Positions 40,204 through 52,052 of a stretch of 64,000 nucleotides of DNA are shown one piece after another. The stretch comes from Mizuhopecten yessoensis (lineage: Eukaryota). The stretch lies in assembly GCF_002113885.1 (NCBI RefSeq), contig NW_018407700.1, positions 2,893,877 to 2,957,876 on the forward strand, read 5' to 3'. The translations under genes were made by a program, and so were the position numbers. The notes below the pieces were generated by a model. It worked only from the letters and a program-made list of their open reading frames with translations, was not told the origin of the DNA and did not search any database. Position 1 is the stretch's first letter; the number at the start of each line of letters is the position of its first letter.

Positions 40204-41733
40204 ACAGGATCGTGTTTCTAACCTGCATTCAAAAGCATTTACCGGAGGTTTGAAAACGTCTTTCATTCGTGAATTTGAAAACACACGTTGAAGAATCTGT
40301 CATTCTGGTGACTATATTTAAAGAGATTGTATGTTCAGTTTTTGGAAGACATGCCTTTCCTCATAAGTAGTACCGTGTGTACCTCGTATTCAATAAAACC
40401 TGCTACCGTTCCACCAGAAATAGGCGTTGCACTTTAATTAATCATGTAGTGTTTGATCACGATATCTGAAATTGAATATAGCTATCAACCGAGTTGTGAT
40501 GTAATTTGCATATAATAAATGGTATTTTATGGATGAATTCATGAACAAAAACTTTGTTATACATGATCGATATGTTTTCTGTTTATGCTAATTTATTCTT
40601 ATCGTATATGATATGCAGAAGAACAGACATGTTGTTATAATTTCAAAGTAAATTGTACTGTTTACAAATATTGTGATTAAAACAGTTGTTAAGTAACCTA
40701 TAGTTCCTTTTGTAATTGTTGATATTTTTAATAATACTGAATTTTAAAACGCAGGGATGGAAGTGAGTGCATCGCGAAATGTATCGAATACAATGTACAA
40801 ACGCGAGGAAACTATTTTAAGTACATTGAATATCAATAAAATGGGCGATGATCACGAAAAACAGATAAAAGTAAGATTATTATTCTACAGCTGACATATG
40901 TAATCCTCGCTCGCTGGACGGATTGAAGGTACTGCTAATTTAGAATTAACGCAAACCTATCTTGAACAAGCATATTCTCATTCCCTCGAATGTAACCTAG
41001 TAGTTACTTATGGTATAGGTGACTATAATATATGTATAACAGCGACAACCTTGATTTTAAGTGTTCAGATTTCTCTGCTTCCACAATGTCGGGTTAGGTT
41101 TTCGATAAAGAATTATCATGCATCACAGTTCTTGAAAAGAAGAAAGGCTCTCAACTTACTATATCAAAACACAGGATATAGCCTTGTCTATCAATACACC
41201 TGTAATATATATAATCGACGATGCAAGTATCCCTGTGTATCAACACTTCCTATCGGTGTATAGCTGCTGTCGATCTTGTGCAAGATGGACAACTTTGCTT
41301 ATCTTTTCACAAGTTTTAAGTCTTTGTACATGTAGCATATCCTTTCTTACTGTTGTAACAACTGGTAGCAGCTCTTTTAAATTATGATTCGCGGAATCAT
41401 GCTACATTTGCTAAATAAATGTTGTGTGGACGGATCCCACATGTTGCTAGAAATATACTCCGGCTATAAGGTCTTGTAAGGCTGAAAGTGATCCCAGTGT
41501 TATGCGTGTCTCGTTCGTGGTGTTATCTTTGATGTAGATGTTTCATTGTAGTATGTTTGACTATATCAGAAAAATACTGAACCCAAAAATTCTTAAATTT
41601 AATCTGGTGAGGAAGGCATAACAGTAAAACAAAACAACAGCAAAAACAACAACAAAACTAAAAGCTTACAATGAGTGCAAATGAGATTGTTGTTAGTTCC
41701 ATCAGCGGACGCAGCTCGGGTAGACGACTTTGT

Positions 41734-43409
41734 TCCCATTTTAACTGTACCAGCTTTGGTTCAACCTTGAGCTCCCTCATTCTAAAGTCATTAATCTCTA
41801 CTGGTATCGATGAGTTTTTTACCTTCTAGCTATTACGTTAAAATAAGAGTGTCCTTTTCCTTGAAGAAGAACTTGACACTCACTTCGGAACAGGTCGTGA
41901 ATTTTGCTTTCTACCCATTGAATATGGATAGCTCAAATCTCAAACTCAAAACTTTACGCAACAAACTACTCTACATACAGGGGCGGATCCAGGATTTCCT
42001 AAAAGGGGGGGCCCGATAATTTTTTCTCAATAGTCAACGTTCGGCAGCACCCCGAGCGCGTAGCGCGAGTAGGGGGAGGTTAGAGGAGGGGGTCTTCCCC
42101 CTCCCTTAAGGGGGGTTTGGGGGATCTCCCCCCAACATATTGTGTTTTCTAGAACGTCTCAGAAGCGATTTCCCGTGTTCTGAGGATTGTTTTTATGTTT
42201 AATCAACAAGAAGAAAAAAACATATTTTAAGTATGGCCCAAAGACTTTTTTTGTGTACTGGAAAGAAAATTAAAGATTCGGTTCAAATTCTCTATCAACA
42301 GCGAGTTTTAGAAGTCAGATGGTATTATTATAGGGGCAACCTGGTGATGACAAATGTATGAATCCACAGGGGGTTTGTTCACTATTACCTAATTTGGCGT
42401 CCCGCCCGCAAAGGGGATACGAGAGGTCCACCGTCAAAAAATAAATGAAGGGACGCACAATAACTAGTCTTCAGACATTGTACCTACAGTACAGTACTTC
42501 ATGTAATAGTTTGTCGTACAAAAGAACAAATAACACCATAACATCGTTGCTGTTTAATTAATGAGTTACTCATGGCATCACTACATTGTAAGTTGCTAAA
42601 CAAACGGATAAGTTCAAACCAGTGCGACACCCAAAGCCACTAGCTATATAGTCTTGCGTTTTATAATTGTTGACTAATTCACTAGTGTAGACAATGATAT
42701 ATCTGAAATGTCCACGCTGATTAACTCATGTAAGGGCGTGCATATTACCAACAGTGGTACATTTGCTAAGCTATCTGGTTAAAATGGTACAACTTAGGAG
42801 GCACATACGCGTCACCTTTAAATTTAATTTAAAATTATCATACTTGTAAGTACAGCATATCATCTCATTCTGGTACGTACAACTTATTACTACGTACACA
42901 ATAGTATGCTGTGTGAAGATACTTTCTTGTACGTACACGATGGTAAGCTATAAGTACCACAATGAGATATTATGTTGTACATACAAGATAGTTAAACAGT
43001 TCCAACAATATATATAATACCAAAATAATTGAATGGATATGTTTAGTCGATTATACATAATATTGTCAGCCGAAAAANNNNNNNNNNNNNNNNNNNNNNN
43101 NNNNNNNNNNNNNNNNNNNNNNNNNNNNNNNNNNNNNNNNNNNNNNNNNNNNNNNNNNNNNNNNNTCCCATTTTAACTGTACCAGCTTTGGTTCAGCATT
43201 GAGCTCCCTCATTCTAAAGTCATTAATCTCTACTGGTATCGATGAGTTTTTTACCTTCTAGCTATTACGTTAAAATAAGAGTGTCCTTTTCCTTGAAGAA
43301 GAACTTGACACTCACTTCGGAACAGGTCGTGAATTTTGCTTTCTACCCATTGAATATGGATAGCTCAAATCTCAAACTCAAAACTTTACGCAACAAACTA
43401 CTCTACATA
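41734..43409. other. 244-bp duplicate (41734-41977 and 43166-43409) across the gap; probably two haplotypes
   Basis: Near-identical; two substitutions seen (TTCAACCTTGAG vs TTCAGCATTGAG). Confidence 0.85.
41978..43077. mobile_element. Non-autonomous DNA transposon starting CAGGGGCGGATCCAGGATTT, inserted after TA; right end lost in the gap
   Basis: The terminus is typical of invertebrate MITEs. The duplicate copy shows the empty site (CTACATA|AAAGC). Confidence 0.75.
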
Positions 43410-44432
43410 AAAGCATCTGTTCAGAATTCGAAACAGCAACTGAAGCATCTTTATTGCAGATGTTAATGATGGCTTACCCCTAAAATATTCTTACTTTTTA
43501 ACTGTAACTCTATGTACCACCGTCAAAGGTTTCTAAGCCTTAAATTAACAGGATACCAACCTCCTCCACCCTGTAATCAAACGTCAGTATCCAGGCAACC
43601 ATCCAGCTCTGATCATTTCTCCATTGACGTCAAGGAAACTCCATTGTGCGTTCTCCACAATAAGTAAAATCTATCGAACCTCAAACATTGGTATCGGAAC
43701 GTTGATAACACAACTAAAACCCCTGAGCCAGCTCAGAAGTCGAGAAACAAATATGCTCTAACAGTGGACAGCAATTTGCCAAGCAGTCTTTGTAAATCTG
43801 TCTTTAATTTTTAGACTGTAACAATCTAGATCCAGCTCTAATGTACTTTACTACCCTTACCCTCTTGTGCCGAAAAAAATGTTCTCACTATCCTGTATAC
43901 TAATCAAACATACTCTGCAGGACTGTGTCACGCTGAAAAAATGTATCTCTCTAAATCTTAGAACCTTCCAGATTTAAATAACTTGTTATGGTCGATAGGA
44001 ATATGCATGTTTGTTTTAGATTCCGTTTCAACATGTGGCAACCATACGTACAATGTACCTTTCTTTCAAATAATTTCTTTCAGATATTCGACGCATGGAT
44101 TTAAGTCAGATTTCTTTTTGTACTAAATAACATCTTTTGGGATATTTTCGTTCATTGAACTTAAAAGGAGAACGCGGTCGGTATAATCAATGGGGAAACC
44201 ATAGATCCGTATAGTGCGTTATTTGCTGCACTATTCTACATATATAACCTGTATAATGGAATATATTACCAATGGGAAATAATAGGACAATTAACCATGC
44301 CTTGTTGCACTTAACCTATAATACAAATGTATATTCCGTGACCTCTAACGTCGAACCCACCAATGGTGAATCAATAGGGCCGAAAACCGTGTATTGCTGT
44401 TCTTTTCTGGTCTCTTCTTAACCGCATTTATG

Positions 44433-44442
44433 CTACCGGAAG
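44433..44442 (+). promoter_or_regulatory. ETS/GABP motif ACCGGAAGT upstream of OSTM1
   Basis: Perfect consensus ~90 nt upstream of ATG 44530. Confidence 0.45.
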
Positions 44443-44529
44443 TCAGTGAAAGTGAAAGTAGTATCACATGACAGGGAAGAAAAACAAAGAAGACGTCGAC
44501 ACTGTTTTCTTGAGAGATCGTCTTGCACC

Positions 44530-47500
44530 ATGTACATAAGATATATTTCAAAGATATTAATGTTTTTAACATGCTTTAGTCTTGTTAATTCTGAAAGTGT
44601 GCACTCTCCCAGCTTTCCGTGGGACCTTTCTATGGATTATCTGGAAATGCAGCACATGAAACTGAAATATGGATTGACTGGAATACCACCAATAACGAAT
44701 AGGTCGGCCCCGTATCCTGTTTATGACAATTGTATGGCATACCTTGAAGAGTTTGGGAAATATGCATCAAAATTTATCAAGTGTACCGTTGAGAAAGCAA
44801 GACCGTTTCGATTCTGTGAGGAATGTGTGATACACTACAAACTTACAATCGAATTGTATTCAAATATTTTAGAGGTAATGCACACCGATCTATTAATATC
44901 AGTGTTAATACTTTTTGTGAATTGGGGAGAAATAAAAAAAGTAAGGTACACTTATTTTAATTAAATTTATTAATATTGGGTTGTAATGGGAAATATAAAT
45001 ATGACTTCACACTATTGACAGTATTTATCTTTGTCTAAATGTAAATAAAATTAAAAGGAGGGAAGAATGAGGATGTACAAACTTTTTTACAAAGATATAA
45101 AGGGGTGCAGACCTAATGATATAAGGGGTGCAGACCTAATGATATAAAGAGGTGCAGACTTAATGATATAAAGGGGTGCAGACCTATGTAGAATGCTAAT
45201 TAAGAATATGTATATCCAAATTATATCGTCATGTCAGATGGAAACAGACTAGCACAACAATTTGCAAATCTGTTATATTAAACCTGCTGCATTATAATAT
45301 TATACTGCTTAGTATGTACATTGTACATCATGTACGGATGTATATGATTATTTAAGAAATCACAACAGGGAAATACAGTTGTGTGACCGCACAATGCACC
45401 AAAAACAGCGTGCGCACACCGTGCATACATCGTTCACACACCGTCCGCACATTGTCCACACATGGTGCACACAACTGTGCGATTTAACAATCGTTCGCCC
45501 TGTTGTGCCTGTATGTACGCACAACTGTGTGATTGGATACAATTTGTAGATCAATAGTACGGAATGAAAAAAATACGGAAAGCTCGTATGCAATAATGAA
45601 AACTGTATGTATTACTGTAATTTCTCATCACAGTCCTGAAGATTATGTACAGCTTTACAATGCGTGTAACACAGCATTACAGTGATTGTTAGATTAGGTT
45701 TGCTCCAAGGTAACAGAACAGGTAAATAACAATTTGATGAATGACCGGAGTTTTACCTGGCCTGTACCTGACACATAGAGCTGATATGCGATACTGTACG
45801 TTTAGTATTTGTTATTTGCATTCAGTTTACCTATAGCTCCCCTTTACCTGGGTTTTCACACCTCTGGCCCTACCGGATGAAATACGCAAGCGCCCCGGGC
45901 GGGGGAAAACTACGGTCCAGGTGCATGTACAAAGTGGCTATGTTTACCTGTATACGGGACAGTGTTTTAATTTCACATGTGTCGATTAAGGTCGTTTAAA
46001 AAATACTGAAAACACAATTTCTTATTTTAAGAAAATATAGACACAAAGATAAGCTTATAGATGTAGGGAGAATATAGAAACATACAAAATGTACGTAAAA
46101 ATCAAGTTCATTTGTTTTAACACGAAACCGTATATATTAAGGCATTCCTCAATTTACATTAACCACAATTGATATCGCACATCGTTCCTCCATCGTGAAC
46201 ACAAATGTGCGCAAGCAATGATCGTCTAACTTTTTATCGTTCGCACATTGTGCACACACCTTGCACACACATGTGCACATTGTGTAACGTTGTGTGATCC
46301 CACAACTGTACCAGATTGGTGATCTTGAGCTGAAACTAACTTGTACATATTTGTACAGGTAGCCTATTTCTGAAAATCAGGTCTGATTCTACTTTTGAAG
46401 TATAAATTAATATAATTTCTACAAATTTTCCATCTTCAGACTTGTTTCGTTACTTAATACATGTAGAGTGTACTAGCTGCAGAACTTTGACTTTGTGCTT
46501 GTATCATTAATGTCTTTCTTAACTTTATCCCTGAAGATTTTCTAAAGGAAAGAATCATTTAAGTTCAGGAAAACCATAAAGAATTTCTTTTGTAACTTCT
46601 GTAATGCTTTTGGAAGGAAAATCTGAAGTCAAAAGATTATATTGTAACTTTTGTGAAATTGGGGCCAGCTATAAGGTTATGAATGGATATCGTTAACATA
46701 TTGACCCTTTACCAAGTTTAATGTTGGCTGTGATCACTCTGCTAACGCAAGTAGGAAATTTAATATTTCTTGGATTTCTATTCCAGGACGACAAAGACAA
46801 AGATGATTGTAAAAGTTTGCTGCTAAATGCTGATCGTATCCAAGTACTTAATGAGATTTACAACAACATAGAACAGATTTGGAAGGAAGCTAACTGTAAA
46901 GGTAACAAATGTCATATTCCTGATTCTCATGGTGGTCTCGTCAACCTAAAGACGCATAATAAACTAACTTCATCAACCGACAGAGTAAAGTTCATCAACC
47001 TTAGAGATACATTGCATAGTAGGCTGATAAAACTACAAATGCCTCTCACATTGACTGTCAACTTTTATTATCAGCCTATAGATACATTTCATTGCTTAAT
47101 CTGGATAACATTCATAACATCAACTGTACAGCTAGCTCTCAATATATGCAGTCAGCCCTTCACTAACAAAATCCATGTATGACACTTAGTTAATTTGTGT
47201 TGGAAATCAGATAGCAAAAACATTATATTGTATTCAATTAACTGGATAATTTCCTGTTAAAATACATTGTTTGAAATTAATGCTATAACAGCATTTTGGA
47301 TTTACATCATTGCAAATTCAAGTTTGATTCATATTGGGTGGTTGGCTGGCACAGCGTATTAATACGCTGAGCCTCTACAGTATATATAGTTTCTGTTGCA
47401 GTAATTTTGGTTTTAGAACAGCTGTGATTTATGGATGTGTATGTTGGTACTAATTGCTGTAATATTATTACAGGATGTTTCAGAAGTGTGGCTGTAGATG

Positions 47501-49317
47501 TCAACGGTACAGTTGTCTATAAATACAGCAAAGACACAATGGAATTCATGGACAAATATAAAGTGGTGTCTGCATGTCTGCGCCACAATCAAGCTCATGG
47601 GGTAACTATCGCAATTTTGTTTCAAGTCGCTTTCATATAAAATACATACAAATACCATAGCCGGTAAATGAATTTTAAGATGAAACTCTGCCTGCATAAT
47701 TCAAAATGAAGCCTATTCATAAGCACTACATATAAGTGTCTTCCCGGTCACCTCAACCAAATAAAACACTGTATGTGTGTATACGTATCTATAGATAAAA
47801 TATGCTGTCAGGTACACTGTATAACCACACAATTGCTATGTACATGTAAATATAATACTGCCGTCCATTTATGAAATAATCAATATGTTTCATTTATAAC
47901 TCTAGATAACAATTTCATTTCAATAAAGGAATTGGAATCCTTCTATAGCTATTTCTGGGGGTATGTTTAATTCTTTATGCTCTTTATTGATAAAATAGAT
48001 GTGACCAACTTGTACACTACCTTTATGTTTTACAGGATGGCAACAATAGTGTGTGTGAGGTTTGTCGGGGAAATTACACACAGCTGAATTCTTTCTTCAA
48101 GAAAGTGCGAGCAGCTAAAAAAGATTCTGTGTGTATGGATCTTGTGGATATGGTAAGATACTGATTGATTGAATTTGTAAAAGCTATTTTTTTCAGCCAA
48201 GTTTTATTGCATTTCATTTGCGCTTGACAATCTTATTATCTTCACAACTTATGAACAAATAATAATTGAGTTATTCATGAGAAGGAAATATATTAAATTT
48301 GCTTTTTTAATTGAAAACCATGTTTATGTTTTCAACACTTTTTTCTAAAGAGAAAGTTTTCAATCTTTTAATTTTTTGTGTTATCGTGAGCTGCCTGTGC
48401 TGACTAGATTTGTATTTCAGATGAACTACACACGCCTGATGTGGGGTCAGCAGCTTCACTGCTCCCGACACTCCCCTGATGATGCTGTAGTGGTCATTAT
48501 AGCAGTGGCTCTCCTCGCACTGCCAGTAGTCTTCTATGTTGGAGCCAGGTACTTCGTAGTGAGGACTAAAAGAAAACTGATGCTGCGTACGTATATATAT
48601 TTGAAGTTTTTCCTAACTTTCATATATTTCTCTCCCAGAACTTTATACTGATATAAAAGCAAAGATGGCCAACCCAACTTGCCTTTTTTTTTTTTTTTAA
48701 ACATGTGGAAACCTTTTCATTCTCTTCTCAACCTAGCCTATTTAAACCAAACTATATATACAAATGTAGTCCCCTAATAGCTTTAACTAGAGGTTTGGAT
48801 TTGGGTATTATCAAGATCAAGGGTTTTGTTATCCGAAACCCATAAAAAATATACTCTTTGAACTTTTATTGAGTACATGTACTAAGTATATTGGAGCAAT
48901 AGTAGATGCGGAGATTGATGGGAGAGCACCTGTCAAAAACTGCTGTGTAAAATACTTTATATAAGGTTTAATGTTATTAGGTAGTGACTTTAGGTAAGGA
49001 CAAGTAAAGGGAGGTAATTGAGTCTATGGATGCGTATGTATTAAAACACAATGTCTATCACTGATAACTGGTCATGTAACAAATCAACCCTTACAATCAA
49101 TGTGACAACACAGAATCTGGTGTAGGATGTGAATGAATCATATATAACCTCTCACTACACAATCTGATGTTATATTCAGTCCTTTTTTTATCTTTGTTTT
49201 TTATTAGAAAAGAGAATGTCCCAGGTTGCTGCACAGACATTGTTTATTCGAGGAGCTGCCAGCAGTACTAGTAAAGATGATGAGGAAACACAGCTTTTAT
49301 CTACCTCCTTCTCCTGA
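44530..49317 (+). CDS. OSTM1: Osteopetrosis-associated transmembrane protein 1 (ClC-7 beta subunit), ~326 aa
   Basis: Exons 44530-44874, 46787-46901, 47474-47601, 48036-48152, 48421-48586, 49208-49317. Signal peptide, then C..ARPFRFCEEC, LLNADRIQV...WKEANCKGC, VCEVC..Y..LN, CMDLVDMMNYTRLMW...HC, TM helix LPVVFY and KRKLMLQKR; this matches the OSTM1 Cys pattern. Confidence 0.93.
45093..45186. repeat. ~23-bp tandem repeat (GATATAAAGGGGTGCAGACCTAAT) x4
   Basis: Direct periodicity. Confidence 0.8.
45376..46308. mobile_element. MITE (~930 bp) with TA TSD in OSTM1 intron 1
   Basis: TA|CAGTTGTGTGACCGCACAA ... TTGTGTGATCCCACAACTG|TA; GCACA-rich subterminal repeats. Confidence 0.7.
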
Positions 49318-49719
49318 CAGTGCTGAGAGACTGACCATTACAATACCAGAATGTGTTCACTTGAAAATCACTCCTGCTCTCCTAGAGGTTGTCAGTAACT
49401 GTTAAAAGAAAGACTGTCAGAGTTAAATGCATCAATTGTCTACCACCTTCAGCTTTTATATTACAAAAATTAAGAGTTCTTGGGTATGATGGAGCTTGAA
49501 AAATTGCATTTTGAAAAGATTTTGCAAATATTTAATGTTGCAGATATATTTCCATTTAATATTGCTAGTCTACAAGCTGCATTTTGAATAGTAGCAAATA
49601 ATTATCAAATGATAGTATTTTTATGTGTTAAACCTGGACTTGTGAATTTAAAATTAAACATTATTTATTTTACAACAATTGTAAAACAAGTTAAGTATGA
49701 ACATATATTAATCAGTCTT

Positions 49720-49875
49720 GTTGCCTGGATGGTAGTGTACAGGGATCTGAATGTGGGAGGAAACCAGCGTACTCTAATTGGTCGAGTAGGTGACTATATG
49801 TTTTCATATCAGTCAAGGAACTGAACCCTGAATGCCTTGGTGAAAGGCGAATGCACTATCCGCTGTGCCATCCAA
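49720..49875 (-). mobile_element. tRNA-derived SINE
   Basis: On the minus strand: GGATGGCACAGCGGATAGTGCATTCGCCTTTCACC...GGGTTCAGTTCC (A/B-box-like head), then the core ...GGTTTCCTCCCACA. Confidence 0.6.
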
Positions 49876-49959
49876 CTCCTCTTGTGACATCCTCGATACT
49901 CCAGGGGGCTACACTCACTTACGATCTCCCCAGAGTGAGGATAGATTTATAATAATGAG

Positions 49960-50128
49960 AAGTGACTAGTGAATGGTGAATAGTGACTGGTGAATGATAA
50001 TTAGTGACTCGTGAATGATAAATAGTGACTCATGAATGATAAATAGTGACTCGTGAATGATAATTAGTGACTTGTGAATGATAATTAGTGACTCGTGAAT
50101 GATAATTAGTGACTCGTGAATGATAATA
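49960..50128. repeat. 21-bp minisatellite (AGTGACTCGTGAATGATAATT), ~8 copies
   Basis: Direct periodicity. Confidence 0.9.
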
Positions 50129-52052
50129 AGTAACTCTTTTTCTTTTAGGGAAAAATTAATATTATTATCAACCCGAAAAAAATTGGGGGGGTTATACATG
50201 TAGCCGTCATGCAGGGTGTCTGTCCATCTGTCAGTATTTCTCGTTTGGATAAAAATATCTTGTATCAATCAGCATGCCTGTGGTCTTCCTCGTTGAGCTA
50301 TATTATTAGATACCGGCCATAAATCATGGCAAAGGACCTTGCATCCGAAGAGCCTTTAACATTTTGTATTTAATCAATTTTTGAATCAGATAATAAAACA
50401 GCTCTAGACTTATGTGATGGTAAATATGATGTGATATGAACCTGCACTTCAGCTTGGTCAATATCACCTTTTCAGGTCTATATGGCCTTATATGAGAGAG
50501 TATGAAACCGTATATACCTGATCATATTCACTTTCACATCAGTCTATAACTGTATAGTGACTGGTGTGTTGGGTGCTGAAGGGTGAATGTACATTAGTGA
50601 AAGATGTTTATTGGTTGTAAGTGATGGACATTGAGTAAAGGATGTTTTGAATGAGAAAATGAAGAGTCCCTTGTTTACATTTAAGTTAGATTTAATTACT
50701 TAACATACATTTGCATTGCTTTTAATCTGTACATATTTGAGAGATAAACACACTGGAAAATTAGAAACTCTAATCTCATTTCTCCTTCATAGAAAATTAT
50801 CATATGCTACTGCTATTAATTAATATAAGGTCTATACTACAATTCTATCTTTTATATTCATTTCACATGTCCTACATACCTTCTGTTTCATTTACTACAG
50901 CCCTGTTAATATCAATATGGTATGGTGCTATGTTTAAAACATGTAATTACATAAACTTGTTAACAATTGTGATTAGAAGTTTGTATCAATTCATCTCTGA
51001 TAGAATTATAAGACTATTTCATGCCAAAGGGTGTAGGATAGGGAAATTCTATTCGAGATATTTTCAAATTGTTTTATCCAATTTGAAAGTCATGAGGGTG
51101 ACATTTTTCTATCCCACACCCTGGGGCATGAAAGATCATCTCTCACTCATTCCACTTATCACTAAAATCAGCTCAGAAACCACAAAAAGGTTACAGCACC
51201 ATGCATCAAAATGTTTCCCATTTTGGGACATCACATCCCGTTTGTCCCATTTTCACATCACACACCTTAAATGGGGTGTAGGATAGAAAGTTTTTTCACC
51301 CTTTTGTTACCCTGGGTAGTTATGTCACATACACACAGGAATGAAAGAAAACAGCCATAGCACCAACACAATGCTGATTATGTACTTTGAGAAATTCCTG
51401 TAGGCTCAGTCACTGGTGGAGCCTAAGCCCTGTTTCCACATTCTGATTACAATAAAATATTCTCATATCCTATAGAAATAAGATAGTGTAATCACCATGA
51501 CATGTATTTTAAAAACATATTTCCACTGTTGGCACATTATTATGGAGCTTTCCTGTGATATATATTATTTAAATTAAATGTTTTGTTTATCTCATGAAAT
51601 AGAGTAAGAAATGATTTGTTTATTTCAGTTTCACATTTATTCATACTGTACATGTACACCTGTGTGTCTCTTAACAGAATATACTTTAACAATCGTCCAA
51701 TACATGTGACAGTACCTAACTTTGTATATGATGTGTTTTCTGTCTGAAATATGTAAAATAAAGTAAGGAAACGTTTTTATGTGTTGATTTCGATCTGATG
51801 CATTAGCAGTGATTATGATTTAAACCAAAACATCATGTTTGTTTTGGTTCTAGTATAATGATCCAGTATATACATATTGTACAACTGAGTAGGGTAGGGG
51901 CTGAACAATATACGTCCATTATATGCCAAAGTAACATGCCAAGAATCCTCCCAATTCATTCTTGTATCAAAATGTATGAACACATAAAATGTAATAAAAA
52001 GAAAGTACATTTGTACTACATTACTCTGTAAATGACTTATTTCTGAGATATG

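Noticed and set aside
41810-43466. Duplicated 69/74-aa ORFs as a gene pair
   Set aside because: They lie in the haplotype-like duplicate and show no coding or splice evidence.
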